DNA of 32,636 nucleotides from Octopus bimaculoides. Lineage: Eukaryota. Shown here in pieces: positions 31,963 through 32,636 of the stretch (position 1 is the first letter of the stretch; each line of letters begins with the position of its first letter). A program made the position numbers and the translations under genes. The DNA is taken from NCBI RefSeq assembly GCF_001194135.2, contig NC_068990.1, positions 1,664,649 to 1,697,284 of the forward strand, written 5' to 3'. The notes beneath the pieces were generated by a model. It was not told the origin of the DNA. It did no database searches and saw nothing but the letters and a program-made list of their open reading frames with translations.

Positions 31963-32236
31963 ATAAACTCGACTGCTTTCACGAACGACAATACTAAAAA
32001 TGAACCTGACTGCTCTCAAAAATTAAGTAAAAGTTAAAAAACAGGAAAAATAATCCAGAAGCCTTGTCCAGTACTGGATTGATCCCAAAATTTAATTAGT
32101 TTGTGCCAGTTACGAGGCCAAATATCCCTGCAAGTTTCACCTGAATCTATCCAGTGATTCTTGAGATATCTTGTCCATGGACAAACAAACACAATCGCAA
32201 ACAATACCTCCACCTTAGCGAAGGCGGAGGTAATAA
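31963..32236 (-). mobile_element. Helentron-associated (HINE/DINE-1-like) non-autonomous element, 5' portion
   Basis: Minus strand starts TTATTACCTCCGCCTT-CGCT-AAGGTGGAGGTA (subterminal repeat plus adjacent inverted copy, 11/12 paired), then (GTTT)n and a core GGATAGATTCAGGTGAAACTT; 3' subTIR and stem-loop absent. Confidence 0.6.
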
Positions 32237-32636
32237 TGAGTTTAAGTTAGCATGTTCAAAATAAAACAACACATGAAGATAAAACAATTTCTCTCTTTCT
32301 TATGGAGAATTAGTATTTAAGAATAGATATATTATAGAATTAATATCTATTAGAATAATGAAATTATGATATATCTGTGTAAAAAAAGCTCGCTATGGCT
32401 AGACGGGTGGATTTTAATCTGAAAAATCAATCACCGATTCATGCGATAAACTAGTTAACCATCACATCAAATATTCGAGGAAATGAGATTTTACAGAAAT
32501 AATTTCATCTTAGTTTCTCAACACCACAGGTTAAATGCGTGTGTATATATATGTGTGTGTGTATATGTATGAATGTATATATATGTTTATATAAGTATAT
32601 ATATATGCATATATATGTATATGTATGTATATATAT

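Overview
AT-rich eukaryotic non-coding DNA, densely filled with microsatellites and interspersed repeats, with four N gaps mostly flanked by simple repeats (short-read assembly). The repeat set (several tRNA-headed SINE families, RTE LINE 3' ends with (GAT)n tails, TTAA-flanked and mariner-derived MITEs) matches what I recognise from Octopus genomes; this taxon call is inference. I cannot support any host protein-coding exon, tRNA, rRNA or CRISPR array. Most ORF-track entries are microsatellite or N-gap artefacts. The protein-like signals are decayed transposon pieces: Penelope-like RT (~13.2-13.5 kb), Penelope-like GIY-YIG (~26.4-26.8 kb), RTE C-termini and a mariner C-terminus. One unexplained ~115-codon frame lies at 14.3-14.7 kb. 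I found no convincing new biological system. The best leads are a 258-bp foldback element, same-strand SINE trains, chimeric SINE/RTE junctions, a possible hammerhead remnant near the Penelope endonuclease, a STAT/Rel-like motif cluster, and a duplicated segment with a strong CpG-decay signature. Family labels A-F are my own working labels. All identities were judged by eye, with no database search.
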